Of a stretch of DNA of 32,000 bases, positions 6,936-16,607 are shown one piece after another (the stretch's first letter is position 1; every line of letters begins with the position of its first letter). The notes beneath the pieces are model-generated. The model was not told where the DNA came from and did not search any database. It worked only from the letters and a program-made list of their open reading frames with translations. The stretch covers positions 90,001-122,000 of the forward strand of contig CAZIYE010000001.1 of the NCBI GenBank assembly GCA_964543385.1, written 5' to 3'. Source of the DNA: an uncultured Candidatus Saccharibacteria bacterium (lineage in GTDB: Bacteria > Patescibacteriota > UBA1384 > XYA2-FULL-43-10 > 1-14-0-10-43-13). Both the position numbers and the translations under genes were made by a program.

Positions 6936-7967
6936 ATGAAAACGAAGATTATTTGTACAGTCGGACCAGCGACAGAAACCAAGGAAATGGTTGAGCAGCT
7001 AGCACTTGCAGGCATGGATGTCATGCGCTGTAATTTTGCACACTGCACTTTTGAAGAATACAAGATGCGTTATGATTCTCTTAAAGAGATCAATAAGAAG
7101 CACGGACTCGATGTAAAGATACAAGCAGATCTACGTGGTCCAAGCATTCGTCTCGGGGAAAATATCCCAAAAGAAGGTTTAACCGTTAAACAAGGTGATG
7201 TTCTCAAATTTGTTACTATGCCTTGCCAAGACAAGAAACCTGATGAACTAATAGTTAATGACCCATATCTTCACGCTGATATCCAAGTCGGCGATCCGAT
7301 GCTCGTAGAATCAGGTATGCTGGAGTTAGAAATTACTAAAACTCAGCCAAACAGCCACAAATTTGAGGCAAAAGTAAAAATTGGTGGAACGATTTTCCCA
7401 AGAAAAGCACTCAATCTTCCAACGACTAAATTGACAACTTCTTCAGTTACAGAGAAAGATATTAAAGATTTAGAATATGTTCTTTCTGTCGGTGTAGACT
7501 TCGTTGCCCTATCATTCGTTGGTTGCGCTGGCGATATAAAGAAAATCAAAGATGTTATCGGTGACAGACCAGTTCAGATTATGTCTAAAATAGAGAGAAG
7601 AGAAGCTCTAAATAATATTGATGAAATCATAGAAGCTTCAGATGTAGTAATTGTTGCTCGCGGTGATTTGGGCGTCGAAACACCTTACGAAGAACTACCG
7701 ATTATTCAAAAACAGCTTATCAGAAAATGCCAACAACACTTAAAGCCTGCTGTTGTTGCTACTCAGATGCTAAAGAATATGATGGTTTCTCCTTATCCTA
7801 CCAGAGCAGAGATATCTGATATTGCCAATGCTGTATTTGACGGAGCTCACTATGTTTGGCTTTCAGATGAAACAACTGTTGGTAAATATCCAATCGAAGC
7901 AGTAAAAGTTATGAGAAAAGTTGCAAACAGAATTGACACTTATCTTGACGGTTGCAGAATAATGTAA
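6936..7967 (+). CDS. pyk: Pyruvate kinase, short form lacking the C-terminal (allosteric) domain
   Basis: MKTKIICTVGPATETKEMVEQLALAGMDVMRCNFAH, MSKIERREAL, VARGDLGVE and ATQMLKNM are canonical PK A/B-domain motifs. The protein ends at 343 aa, just after the last A-domain helix. Confidence 0.9.
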   Translation: MKTKIICTVGPATETKEMVEQLALAGMDVMRCNFAHCTFEEYKMRYDSLKEINKKHGLDVKIQADLRGPSIRLGENIPKEGLTVKQGDVLKFVTMPCQDKKPDELIVNDPYLHADIQVGDPMLVESGMLELEITKTQPNSHKFEAKVKIGGTIFPRKALNLPTTKLTTSSVTEKDIKDLEYVLSVGVDFVALSFVGCAGDIKKIKDVIGDRPVQIMSKIERREALNNIDEIIEASDVVIVARGDLGVETPYEELPIIQKQLIRKCQQHLKPAVVATQMLKNMMVSPYPTRAEISDIANAVFDGAHYVWLSDETTVGKYPIEAVKVMRKVANRIDTYLDGCRIM

Positions 7968-8014
7968 TTGTTTCATTGACTTTTATATCCCTTTTAGATA
8001 TAAACAAAAAGAAC

Positions 8015-8043
8015 GGTGACCCACTTGGGTCACTTTCTTTTTT
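8015..8043 (+). terminator. Rho-independent terminator after pyk
   Basis: GTGACCC (8016-8022), loop ACTT, GGGTCAC (8027-8033), followed by TTTCTTTTTT. Confidence 0.8.
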
Positions 8044-8078
8044 ACCCAGATTGCGAACTTCTATCAGCTTGCATTCAA

Positions 8079-8087
8079 TGATATAAT
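8079..8087 (+). promoter_or_regulatory. Extended -10 element (TGATATAAT) upstream of nusA
   Basis: TG-A-TATAAT at 8079-8087 with no good -35. SD TAAGGAGA precedes ATG 8154. Confidence 0.4.
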
Positions 8088-8153
8088 TAAAATTAATTAA
8101 TAATTTAAAACCTAAATAAATCCGCAAACGGATTCTAATAGTAAGGAGACAAT

Positions 8154-9257
8154 ATGAAAAGAATAAATCCATTCATGGCAGCAATCGAAGATTTATGTGA
8201 AGAAAAAGGCCTTAATAAAGACATTGTTATGGAAACAGTCGAAGCTGCTTTAGCGGCAGCATATCGTAAAGACTACGGTAAACCCAAACAAATTGTTCGA
8301 GCAAAGCTTGATCCTGAAACAGGCAGGGCCGATATGTTTCGTGTATACGAAGTTCTAGAAACCGAAGAGGAAATCAAAGAACACGAACACGAATTAACGC
8401 TAGAAGAAGCAAAGGTTTTAGACAAAAAAGCTGAAATCGGCAAAGAAGTAATTGTTCCATTGCCACCCCAGGAAGAATTCGGCCGCATTGCTGCTCAGAC
8501 TGCAAAACAAGTTATTATACAGAGAATTAGAGAGGCTGAAAGAGATCTCCTGTTTGATGAGTTCAAAGACAAAGAAAAGAAAGTCGTAAATGCAACTGTT
8601 CAGCAGGTAGACGGCAGAAATGTTATTGTTTCTCTCGGTAAGGTAAATGGGATTGTTTATCCTTCAGACCAAATCAACGGAGAAAGATATTACGTTGGCC
8701 AAAGATTGAAAGTATATGTTAAGGAAGTTTCTCAATCAGTAAAAGGCCCTCAAATCATTGTATCCAGGAGCGATGAAAACCTTATCACTGGTCTATTTGA
8801 AACAGAAGTACCAGAGATTGCCTCAGGCACAGTTGAAATAAAAAGCACCGCTAGGGAAGCGGGCTCACGCACAAAAATCGCCGTTATTGCTACTGAAGAT
8901 AAGATCGATCCAGTTGGTTCGTGCGTTGGTCAACGGGGCACTCGAGTACAAGCCGTTCTTGATGAAATTGGTTTAGAGAAAATCGACATTGTCCTATGGG
9001 ATGAAGATGTAGAGCAATTTATAATGAATGCTTTATCTCCTGCTAAGACTAAACAAATATCAATATCTTCAAAAGATAATAAAGCTATAGTATACGTAGA
9101 CAAAGACAATCTCTCATTGGCCATCGGCAAAAATGGTCAAAATGTCCGACTTGCATCCAAACTAACTGGCTGGGGTATAGACATTAAATTGATAGAAGAA
9201 AAAGATTCTTCACAAGATGATGAAACTGAGTCGTCACAAGAAGCTGACCAGAAATAG
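8154..9257 (+). CDS. nusA: Transcription termination/antitermination factor NusA
   Basis: N-terminal domain AIEDLCEEKGLNKDIVMETVEAALAAAYRK, S1-like region (VNATVQQVDGRNVIVSLG), KH regions (DPVGSCVGQRGTRVQAV; LSLAIGKNGQNVRLASKLTGW), acidic tail. Confidence 0.93.
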   Translation: MKRINPFMAAIEDLCEEKGLNKDIVMETVEAALAAAYRKDYGKPKQIVRAKLDPETGRADMFRVYEVLETEEEIKEHEHELTLEEAKVLDKKAEIGKEVIVPLPPQEEFGRIAAQTAKQVIIQRIREAERDLLFDEFKDKEKKVVNATVQQVDGRNVIVSLGKVNGIVYPSDQINGERYYVGQRLKVYVKEVSQSVKGPQIIVSRSDENLITGLFETEVPEIASGTVEIKSTAREAGSRTKIAVIATEDKIDPVGSCVGQRGTRVQAVLDEIGLEKIDIVLWDEDVEQFIMNALSPAKTKQISISSKDNKAIVYVDKDNLSLAIGKNGQNVRLASKLTGWGIDIKLIEEKDSSQDDETESSQEADQK

Positions 9258-9337
9258 TTAACATCTAATACAAAATACCTATTTTCTTCTAAACATCTTT
9301 AAGTTGGAGAGGGTACTTTTGTATATCACGGTTACTA

Positions 9338-9366
9338 TTGACTTTATGTAAAGCATACTTTACATT
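9338..9366 (+). promoter_or_regulatory. clpC promoter TTGACT-17-TACATT with embedded palindromic operator candidate
   Basis: TTGACT 9338-9343 and TACATT 9361-9366. The perfect inverted repeat ATGTAAAG (9346-9353)-CATA-CTTTACAT (9358-9365) fills the spacer and overlaps the -10. Confidence 0.55.
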
Positions 9367-9440
9367 TTAATCATACTGAACTCGATGTTGACCAAATAAC
9401 CAATAGCTTATCCAATTAAATAACACATTATTTTATATAC

Positions 9441-11954
9441 ATGAACAGCGAAATATTTCAAAAATTTACCGCTAATTTAAAAAAAGCTCTGGTGGAGGCT
9501 GAAAAAATCGCCAAAGATAGGAACTCCGAGGTTGATACTGAACATCAGCTCTTAGCCCTTCTAAATTATAAAGATACTCTAGCCTATGAGATTCTTTCAA
9601 GTTTTGATATTACCAGCGATCGGATAGAACTGATTGCTTCATTGATTGTGCATAAAAACGAAGCGTCAAAAGAGATAATCTCAAAAGACGCCAAAAAATG
9701 CATCCAGCTAGCGGTACAAATTGCTTCTAAATATCACCACACAACCATTGGCTCCGAACATCTCCTTTTAGCATTGATCACTGGGAAAACTTTTAATTCT
9801 TATTCAATAATAGAGCGTATTGGTGTTGACCCCAAGAAGATTAGAAAACAGATAGAATCGATTTTTAAGGGCATTAGTAATTCTTTCAATAGGAAGACAG
9901 ACCAGGGATCACAATCTATCGCCCCAGAAAATATTCTCTCAGGCGAAGGCTTTGACGATAACAGCCTTTTTGAGAATCAGGGGATGCCAATTTTCCCGCA
10001 AAATGCCACCTCAACAAAAAAAGAGAGTGCACTTGACTCATTTTCGACTAATTTGACTAGATTAGCAAAGGACAGCAAGCTTGACCCAGTCATTGGTCGA
10101 GACATGGAGACTAGGAGAGTTATTCAAACACTTTCCAGAAGAACAAAAAATAATCCTATTCTAATAGGGGAGCCAGGCGTTGGCAAAACATCAATCATAG
10201 AAGGTCTAGCCCAGAGAATAGTAAATGGTCGAGTACCAAATCAGATCCAAAATACTGAGATTCTCTCTATTGACCTTGGTTCTATTCTTGCCGGAACAAT
10301 GTATCGCGGTCAATTTGAGAGCCGAATCAAAAAAATATTGGCCGAAATCGAAAAAAGAGGCAATGTGATCCTTTTTGTAGATGAAATTCACATGATGGTT
10401 GGAGCTGGATCTACCGAGGGTTCTATAGATGCAGCAAATTTACTTAAGCCGATGTTAGCAAAAGGTCAGCTGAGACTAATCGGCTCTACCACCTTTGACG
10501 AGTATAAAAAGCACATTGAAAAAGATGCTGCCTTTGAAAGACGTTTCCAGCCAATAAAAGTAGCTGAACCATCTGCAGAGGAAGCTGAAAAAATTATTAC
10601 CGGCATAAAAGGACGATATGAAAAGTTCCATAAAGTTTCCTACGAACAATCAGCTATTAGAGCGGCCGTTGAATTATCTCAAAGGTATATAAATGACCGC
10701 CATTTACCAGATAAGGCCATTGATTTAATTGACGAAGCCGGAGCCGTCAAAAACTCTGAAAACATCAAGGTAGATAATCTTGTAGTTTTCAAAAGACAAT
10801 TAGAACAAATATTAAAGAAAAAAGAGGCATTAATCTCTGCTGAGAAATATGAAGAGGCTACAAAACTTCGTGAACAAGAAAGCGAGCTAGAACTTCAAAT
10901 ACAAGCACTGATTGCAAAAAGAAATGATTCCAAAGAACCAATTAACATTACTGAGACAGATATTGCTAAGCTCGTTTCCGATTGGACTGGAGTTCCAGTT
11001 AATATAATGTCATCCATAGAAAAGAAAAAATATTTAAAGCTAGATAAAACACTAAAGAAATTTGTCATAGGGCAAGATAATGCAATCGATGAATTGGTCA
11101 AGGCAATAAAGAGATCTCGAGTAGGTATAAGCAATCCCAATAGACCTATTGGATCCTTTATCCTACTAGGCCCTACCGGTGTTGGCAAAACAGAACTTGC
11201 AAAGGTCCTAGCCCGTGAAATATTTGGGTCCATTGATTCGTTGATTAAGATAGACATGTCAGAATTTATGGAGAAACATAATATTGCCAGACTTATTGGA
11301 GCACCTGCTGGATATGTCGGTTATGAGGAAGGCGGCAAATTAACTGAGCGTGTTAGAAAAAATCCTTATTCGGTTATTCTTTTCGACGAAATCGAAAAAG
11401 CTCATCCTGAAGTTTTTAATATATTACTTCAGATTATGGAAGACGGCACATTAACTGATGCTAAAGGCAGATTAGTTGACTTCAAGAACACAATAATAAT
11501 AATGACGTCAAATCTAGGTACCGATATTCTGAAACGCCAATCATCAATTGGATTTAATAAAGCAACTTCTTCAGAAGAAAAGTATGAGGCTCTAAAAGAA
11601 AGCGTTATGAACACTGTAGAGAAAAGTTTCCGACCAGAATTTATCAATAGACTTGATCAAATAGTTGTTTTTTATCCGCTCGAAACAAAAACTTTGAAGA
11701 AGATAGTTGAGCTTCAAATTGAAGAGCTAACACTGAGATTGAAACAACAAAATATCTCGTTATTGGTTGATAAATCAGTTAAAGATTGGATAGTGGAAAA
11801 AAGTTTCAAGCCAGAATTTGGTGCTAGACCAGTAAGAAAATTCATTCAGGACAATATCGAACCAGCTATCTCTGACGCAATTCTAATTGATGAATATCAG
11901 TCAGGAAATACAATTAGGCTTGTATTTGATAACGGCAAATTAAGATTGTGCTAA
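9441..11954 (+). CDS. clpC: ATP-dependent Clp protease ATP-binding subunit ClpC (class I AAA+ unfoldase)
   Basis: Duplicated Clp_N repeats; Walker A motifs GEPGVGKTS and GPTGVGKTE; short UVR-like middle domain ([14 protein letters not shown]) rather than the long ClpB coiled coil; ClpP-docking-type loop SSIGFNK. Confidence 0.9.
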   Translation: MNSEIFQKFTANLKKALVEAEKIAKDRNSEVDTEHQLLALLNYKDTLAYEILSSFDITSDRIELIASLIVHKNEASKEIISKDAKKCIQLAVQIASKYHHTTIGSEHLLLALITGKTFNSYSIIERIGVDPKKIRKQIESIFKGISNSFNRKTDQGSQSIAPENILSGEGFDDNSLFENQGMPIFPQNATSTKKESALDSFSTNLTRLAKDSKLDPVIGRDMETRRVIQTLSRRTKNNPILIGEPGVGKTSIIEGLAQRIVNGRVPNQIQNTEILSIDLGSILAGTMYRGQFESRIKKILAEIEKRGNVILFVDEIHMMVGAGSTEGSIDAANLLKPMLAKGQLRLIGSTTFDEYKKHIEKDAAFERRFQPIKVAEPSAEEAEKIITGIKGRYEKFHKVSYEQSAIRAAVELSQRYINDRHLPDKAIDLIDEAGAVKNSENIKVDNLVVFKRQLEQILKKKEALISAEKYEEATKLREQESELELQIQALIAKRNDSKEPINITETDIAKLVSDWTGVPVNIMSSIEKKKYLKLDKTLKKFVIGQDNAIDELVKAIKRSRVGISNPNRPIGSFILLGPTGVGKTELAKVLAREIFGSIDSLIKIDMSEFMEKHNIARLIGAPAGYVGYEEGGKLTERVRKNPYSVILFDEIEKAHPEVFNILLQIMEDGTLTDAKGRLVDFKNTIIIMTSNLGTDILKRQSSIGFNKATSSEEKYEALKESVMNTVEKSFRPEFINRLDQIVVFYPLETKTLKKIVELQIEELTLRLKQQNISLLVDKSVKDWIVEKSFKPEFGARPVRKFIQDNIEPAISDAILIDEYQSGNTIRLVFDNGKLRLC

Positions 11955-11991
11955 TTTTATCAAGGCTCTTTCTAAATTTATTAAGGTTTAG

Positions 11992-13875
11992 ATGGAAAAA
12001 TTACCTCAAAACTTAGCTCTCGCTATAAAAAACTTACCCCAAGGTGATATTGAACAGATTGAAAAAGCCTATGCTTTTGCCAAAGAAAGGCACCATTCTC
12101 AGAAACGCCTCTGCGGCGAGCCATATCTCCATCACCTAGTTCGTATTGCCACAAATCTTGCGATAAATGGATTTGATGTCGAGACAATTTCCGCCGGACT
12201 TCTCCATGACGTTGTCGAGGACACTCCGACAACGCTCAACGAAGTCAGGAGTATTTTTGGTGAAGAAATAGCTGGTATTGTAGATGGTGTAACGAAAGTC
12301 TCATCTTTTAAGATTAAAGATAAAGATAAAGTCTTCCGTGATCACACACTTTATCTTGAAAAAGTAGATAACTATCGCAAAATTTTATTTGCAACCGCCA
12401 AAGATCCAAGAGTAATAATAGTAAAACTTTATGATCGCCTAGACAACATAGAGACAATCGAGCCAATGCCACAAAACAAGCAGGCCTTTTATGCTCGAGA
12501 AACAATTGAAATATTTGCTCCAATAGCCGAACGTCTTGGAATGGGATATCTAAAAAGTCAACTAGAGGATAGATCTTTTCCGTACGCCCATAAAGACGAA
12601 TACGCAAAATTTTTAGATGATATAGGAGACAGTTATAAAAATGCCGAGTTATTCATCAACTCAATCATACCAACAGTGGAATCAGAAGTTATGGCGGCAA
12701 ATATTAAGATTGAGTCAATCGCCGGCAGAGCAAAATCACACTACAGCTTATATAAAAAAATTGAGCGCAAAGGTAGCCTCTCTGCCATCCATGATATCCT
12801 TGCGCTAAGAATCATCGTTGATTCAGTCGAAAATTGCTATAAAACTCTTGGGGTCATTCACTCCCTGTATGAACCTCTGCCAAATAAAATAAAAGATTAT
12901 ATAGCAAAACCAAAAAGCAATGGCTATCAATCCATTCATATCACAGTTAAGGATAAAGAGAACAATAATTTTGAAATCCAGATTAGAACAAACAACATGC
13001 ATATTGCCGCTGAAAATGGGATTGCTTCGCACTGGAATTATAAGGAAAGAGACAAACGAGTCAATAGTAAAGATAATTCTGCACTTGAATGGATCAAGGA
13101 GCTAGAAAAATTAAAAGACGTCAGCAATAAAAAAGAATTTTTGAGCGAGTTGAAAGAAAACTTTTTTGCCCATCAAATATTCATCTTCACACCCAATAAC
13201 GATATTATTCGATTACCTGTTGGATCGACCCCAATTGATTTTGCATACAAAATTCATACTGGTTTAGGCCATCGTACCATTGGGGCAAAAATTAACGGCC
13301 GCATTGTACCGCTTTCGACTCTTTTGAATACAGGGGATAATATTGAGATCATAACTAGTAAAATTTTGAACCCAAAGGAAGACTGGCTAAAGTTTGTTAA
13401 AACCGCCCATGCGCAAAGAAAAATAAAAGCCCTGACAAAAATAAAGCACGAATCGATACTGGCCGACTTGGGACTTAAAAAAATTAATGAATTTATCGAG
13501 AAACACGATTTACCTGCACTAAACAAAACTGAGGCAGAGAAATTACTAAAGGATTCAAAAACTCCATACAATTCACTTGAAAAAGCCTTTGCAGCAATAG
13601 CTGAAGGTAATCTCGGCATAGTTAAACTCATAAAAACTATAAATCCAAATTTTAAATCCTTAGAAAAAAGATCAAGTTTCGTTTTGACGGGAAGTGATAC
13701 GCTGACTGTCCCTGCTCTAAAGAATATTCCTCATGAATTTGCCAAATGCTGCAAGCCTAAAAAAGATGATGAGGTAATAGGTTATCTTGGCAAGGAACCA
13801 ATTATAAAAATTCACCGCATGAATTGCAAAAGGCTAATTAACGTAGATGATAGACGTCTAATACATCTATCATAA
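11992..13875 (+). CDS. rel: Bifunctional (p)ppGpp synthetase/hydrolase, RelA/SpoT homolog (long RSH, short C-terminus)
   Basis: HD hydrolase motifs (HHLVRIA...LLHDVVEDT), synthetase motifs (RAKSHYSLYKKIERKG, YIAKPKSNGYQSIHITV), TGS domain (IFIFTPNNDIIRLPVGSTPIDFAYKIHTGLG), Cys-containing C-terminal region. Confidence 0.92.
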   Translation: MEKLPQNLALAIKNLPQGDIEQIEKAYAFAKERHHSQKRLCGEPYLHHLVRIATNLAINGFDVETISAGLLHDVVEDTPTTLNEVRSIFGEEIAGIVDGVTKVSSFKIKDKDKVFRDHTLYLEKVDNYRKILFATAKDPRVIIVKLYDRLDNIETIEPMPQNKQAFYARETIEIFAPIAERLGMGYLKSQLEDRSFPYAHKDEYAKFLDDIGDSYKNAELFINSIIPTVESEVMAANIKIESIAGRAKSHYSLYKKIERKGSLSAIHDILALRIIVDSVENCYKTLGVIHSLYEPLPNKIKDYIAKPKSNGYQSIHITVKDKENNNFEIQIRTNNMHIAAENGIASHWNYKERDKRVNSKDNSALEWIKELEKLKDVSNKKEFLSELKENFFAHQIFIFTPNNDIIRLPVGSTPIDFAYKIHTGLGHRTIGAKINGRIVPLSTLLNTGDNIEIITSKILNPKEDWLKFVKTAHAQRKIKALTKIKHESILADLGLKKINEFIEKHDLPALNKTEAEKLLKDSKTPYNSLEKAFAAIAEGNLGIVKLIKTINPNFKSLEKRSSFVLTGSDTLTVPALKNIPHEFAKCCKPKKDDEVIGYLGKEPIIKIHRMNCKRLINVDDRRLIHLS

Positions 13876-13888
13876 ATAGGAACTATTT

Positions 13889-13920
13889 TTTACATTCTAT
13901 ATTATATAATGTAAATTCTT
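13889..13920 (+). terminator. Weak AT-rich hairpin plus T-rich tail after rel (possible terminator)
   Basis: TTTACATT (13889-13896) and AATGTAAA (13908-13915) with an 11-nt loop, followed by TTCTTCTTT. The all-AT-rich stem makes this tentative. Confidence 0.3.
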
Positions 13921-13922
13921 CT

Positions 13923-13951
13923 TTGACATTTCAGTTAACTCTTGCTACGAT
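13923..13951 (+). promoter_or_regulatory. hisS promoter TTGACA-17-TACGAT
   Basis: TTGACA 13923-13928, 17-nt spacer, TACGAT 13946-13951. SD TAGGAGA precedes ATG 13986. Confidence 0.55.
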
Positions 13952-13985
13952 TTGCCTTGAATTGAACATTTTCTAGGAGAAAAAT

Positions 13986-15284
13986 ATGTCAAAGCAATTT
14001 CAGACAGCCAGAGGAACAAAGGATATTCTTCCTCAGGATCAAAATTATTGGATAAAAGTTCAGGAAACCGCAAAAAAGACACTCTTTGGACTTGGATTTG
14101 GCAAAATTACATTACCGCATTTTGAAAATGTTGAGGTCTATACACGAGGTATTGGAGAAACAACAGATATTGTTCAAAAAGAGATGTATGTTATAGAAAA
14201 TAGGGGAGATGACGAATCGGCAAAATATGTTCTAAGACCAGAGGGTACAGCAGGAGCGGTCCGATCCTTTATTCAAAATGGCATGTCCAGCTGGTCTCAG
14301 CCGGTAAGGCTTTTCTATTCTGGCGCGATGTTTCGACGAGAGAGACCACAAAAGGGCAGATATCGAGAATTCTATCAGGTAGGAACCGAAATTTTTGGTG
14401 ACGCAACACCAAAATCAGATTATCTTGCCATCATGTCAGCCTGGGAAATACTGCAAAGATTGGGATTAAAGAACCTAATAGTTTATACCAATTCGATTGG
14501 TTGCCCAAAATGCCGACCAAAGTTTATGGCTAAACTAAAAAAATACTACAAAGAAAAACTAACCAATCTCTGTGATGATTGTAAAAATCGATATGAGACA
14601 AATCCTTTAAGATTGCTAGATTGCAAAGAAAAATCCTGTCAATCAATCGCAAAGGATGCACCTATAATGCTGGATTCTCTTTGTGTTGATTGCAAGAAGC
14701 ACTTTCAGGAAACACTCGAATATCTAGATTATTTCAATATCAAATATGATTTAGATCCTACCTTAGTTCGAGGATTAGATTACTATACACAGACAGTTTT
14801 CGAGATAGTGGAAAAGAATGACAAAGGTAGACAAAGTACAATTGTGGGCGGTGGCCGTTACAATGGTCTAGTCGAGTTACTCGGCGGACCTTCTACTCCT
14901 GCTGTTGGATATTCATTTGGGGTCGAAAGAGTGATATCACTGATGAAAGAGCAGGAGATTGAAGCTGATAAACCTAGAGGCGTTGAAATATGCATTCTAC
15001 AGCTCGGAGACAAGGCAAAGGAAGTCTCCAAAAAGATTTATGACCAGCTTTCAAAAAATGATATAAACGTTTATTTTGTTCCTTCTAATGATGGCTTGCG
15101 TCAGCAAATAAAGATGGCCTCAAAACTAGGTGCAGCCTATGCCATTATCATCGGCCAGCAAGAAGCTGTAAAGGACGAGATTATCCTACGAGACCTGTCT
15201 GCTTCCTCTCAGGAAGTTTTCCCTGTTAAGGATATCGCAGATGCTGTTAAGAAACGTATCATTAAATGCGACTGCGATAAATAA
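13986..15284 (+). CDS. hisS: Histidine--tRNA ligase
   Basis: Class II aaRS HisRS motifs: ARGTKDILP, YVLRPEGTAGAVRSF, MFRRERPQKGRYREFYQ, NPLRLLDCK, GGGRYNGL. C-terminal anticodon-binding domain present. Confidence 0.93.
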   Translation: MSKQFQTARGTKDILPQDQNYWIKVQETAKKTLFGLGFGKITLPHFENVEVYTRGIGETTDIVQKEMYVIENRGDDESAKYVLRPEGTAGAVRSFIQNGMSSWSQPVRLFYSGAMFRRERPQKGRYREFYQVGTEIFGDATPKSDYLAIMSAWEILQRLGLKNLIVYTNSIGCPKCRPKFMAKLKKYYKEKLTNLCDDCKNRYETNPLRLLDCKEKSCQSIAKDAPIMLDSLCVDCKKHFQETLEYLDYFNIKYDLDPTLVRGLDYYTQTVFEIVEKNDKGRQSTIVGGGRYNGLVELLGGPSTPAVGYSFGVERVISLMKEQEIEADKPRGVEICILQLGDKAKEVSKKIYDQLSKNDINVYFVPSNDGLRQQIKMASKLGAAYAIIIGQQEAVKDEIILRDLSASSQEVFPVKDIADAVKKRIIKCDCDK

Positions 15285-15290
15285 TAATCA

Positions 15291-16607
15291 ATGAATAACA
15301 TCTTCGGGGAAATAAAAATCCGAACTTTATTCTGGGGGATAGTCCTTTCAGGAATATCTGTTGCCATATTCATTAGGCTGCCTCTTTTTCATAATAAAGA
15401 TGTCTTCGGATCAAATTTCATCGGGGCAATTTTTTATGTATTCATCATGCTCTGGCTTGTTTATATCGCTAAACGTAAGAAGAAAAATCTTATAGATATA
15501 AAGAGCGAATGTGAAACTGTCAGGAGTAATTTCAAAGAGATCCTCTCTCTTGCAATTATGAGCTTTGTATTTTCTTTAGGACTCGCATATCTTCTGCCGG
15601 CTATCGTTTATTTGATTAATCCTGATTTTGCACAATTGCTCATTTCTGGAGAAAATTTAGTACCAAAAAATAATGTTGATTTCCTTTTCCTGGCTATAGC
15701 AACAATTATTCTGGCTCCGATAGTTGAAGAGCTTATTTTTCGAGGTATTCTTCTACATCGCCTCTCCATAAAATGGGGTATTATTTCTGCCGTTTTTATA
15801 TCATCAATCCTGTTTGGGATTAGTCATCTTGGATTAGCAGTTATTGGCGCCTTTGTCTTTGGTATAACAATGACAGCACTATATAAAAAAACAAACTCCA
15901 TATCCTCGTCAATTGTGGCTCATTCTATTAATAACGCTATTGCTGTCCTGCCAACATATTCACTCATTGCCACTGGTAATCTCGATTTTAAAATACAAAA
16001 TAGCATGACCGATGTTTATGTGCCAGGAATAGTCGGATTGATCATTTCTACAATTGCGGGAGTGTACCTCTTTCGATATATAAAACAGAACTGGGATAAA
16101 ATAAAGGCCAAATATCCATCTAACAAAAATATCTTTATAATTTTAGATAATATCCGCTCAATGGAAAATGTTGGTTCAATCTTTCGAACTGCCGATGCGG
16201 CAGGCATTTCAAAAATTTACCTCTGTGGTATTACCGCCAAGCCACCAAGAAAAGAGATAGACAAAACATCTCTAGGTGCTGTAGATTTTGTTGAGTGGGA
16301 ATACGCTGATAATATAAAAGCTCTAATTTCTAATTTAAAAGAAGAGAGGGTTACGGTCCTAGCACTTGAACAAGACAAACGATCAATTCCCTATTCTTCA
16401 TTCATAATTGCTAATTCGAACAATCTTGCTCTAATTGTCGGCAACGAAACCGATGGAATATCAAAAGAAATTTTAGATCTTTGCGACCAAATCATAGAAA
16501 TTCCGATGTATGGACAGAAGAATTCGTTGAATGTAGCAGTAGCTACTGGCGTCGCTGTTTATGATATAATAGGTAAAATAAAAAATAATTTTGGGAGACA
16601 AAAATGA
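15291..16607 (+). CDS. Fusion protein: N-terminal CPBP-family intramembrane glutamic endopeptidase (CAAX/Abi) plus C-terminal SpoU/TrmH-type RNA 2'-O-methyltransferase
   Basis: CPBP motifs IVEELIFRG, FGISHL and HSINNA sit within multiple TM helices (about aa 1-265). SPOUT motifs follow: LDNIRSMENVGSIFRTADAAG, LIVGNETDGIS, IEIPMYGQKNSLNVAVATGVAVYD (about aa 280-438). Single uninterrupted ORF. Confidence 0.8.
   Translation: MNNIFGEIKIRTLFWGIVLSGISVAIFIRLPLFHNKDVFGSNFIGAIFYVFIMLWLVYIAKRKKKNLIDIKSECETVRSNFKEILSLAIMSFVFSLGLAYLLPAIVYLINPDFAQLLISGENLVPKNNVDFLFLAIATIILAPIVEELIFRGILLHRLSIKWGIISAVFISSILFGISHLGLAVIGAFVFGITMTALYKKTNSISSSIVAHSINNAIAVLPTYSLIATGNLDFKIQNSMTDVYVPGIVGLIISTIAGVYLFRYIKQNWDKIKAKYPSNKNIFIILDNIRSMENVGSIFRTADAAGISKIYLCGITAKPPRKEIDKTSLGAVDFVEWEYADNIKALISNLKEERVTVLALEQDKRSIPYSSFIIANSNNLALIVGNETDGISKEILDLCDQIIEIPMYGQKNSLNVAVATGVAVYDIIGKIKNNFGRQK

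Noticed and set aside
13889-13915. Shared TTTACAT/ATGTAAA motif between the clpC operator candidate and the rel-hisS spacer as a common regulon signal
   Set aside because: The arm orientation is reversed and the spacing differs (N4 versus N11). The motif is AT-rich and short, and the second site is better explained as a weak terminator hairpin.
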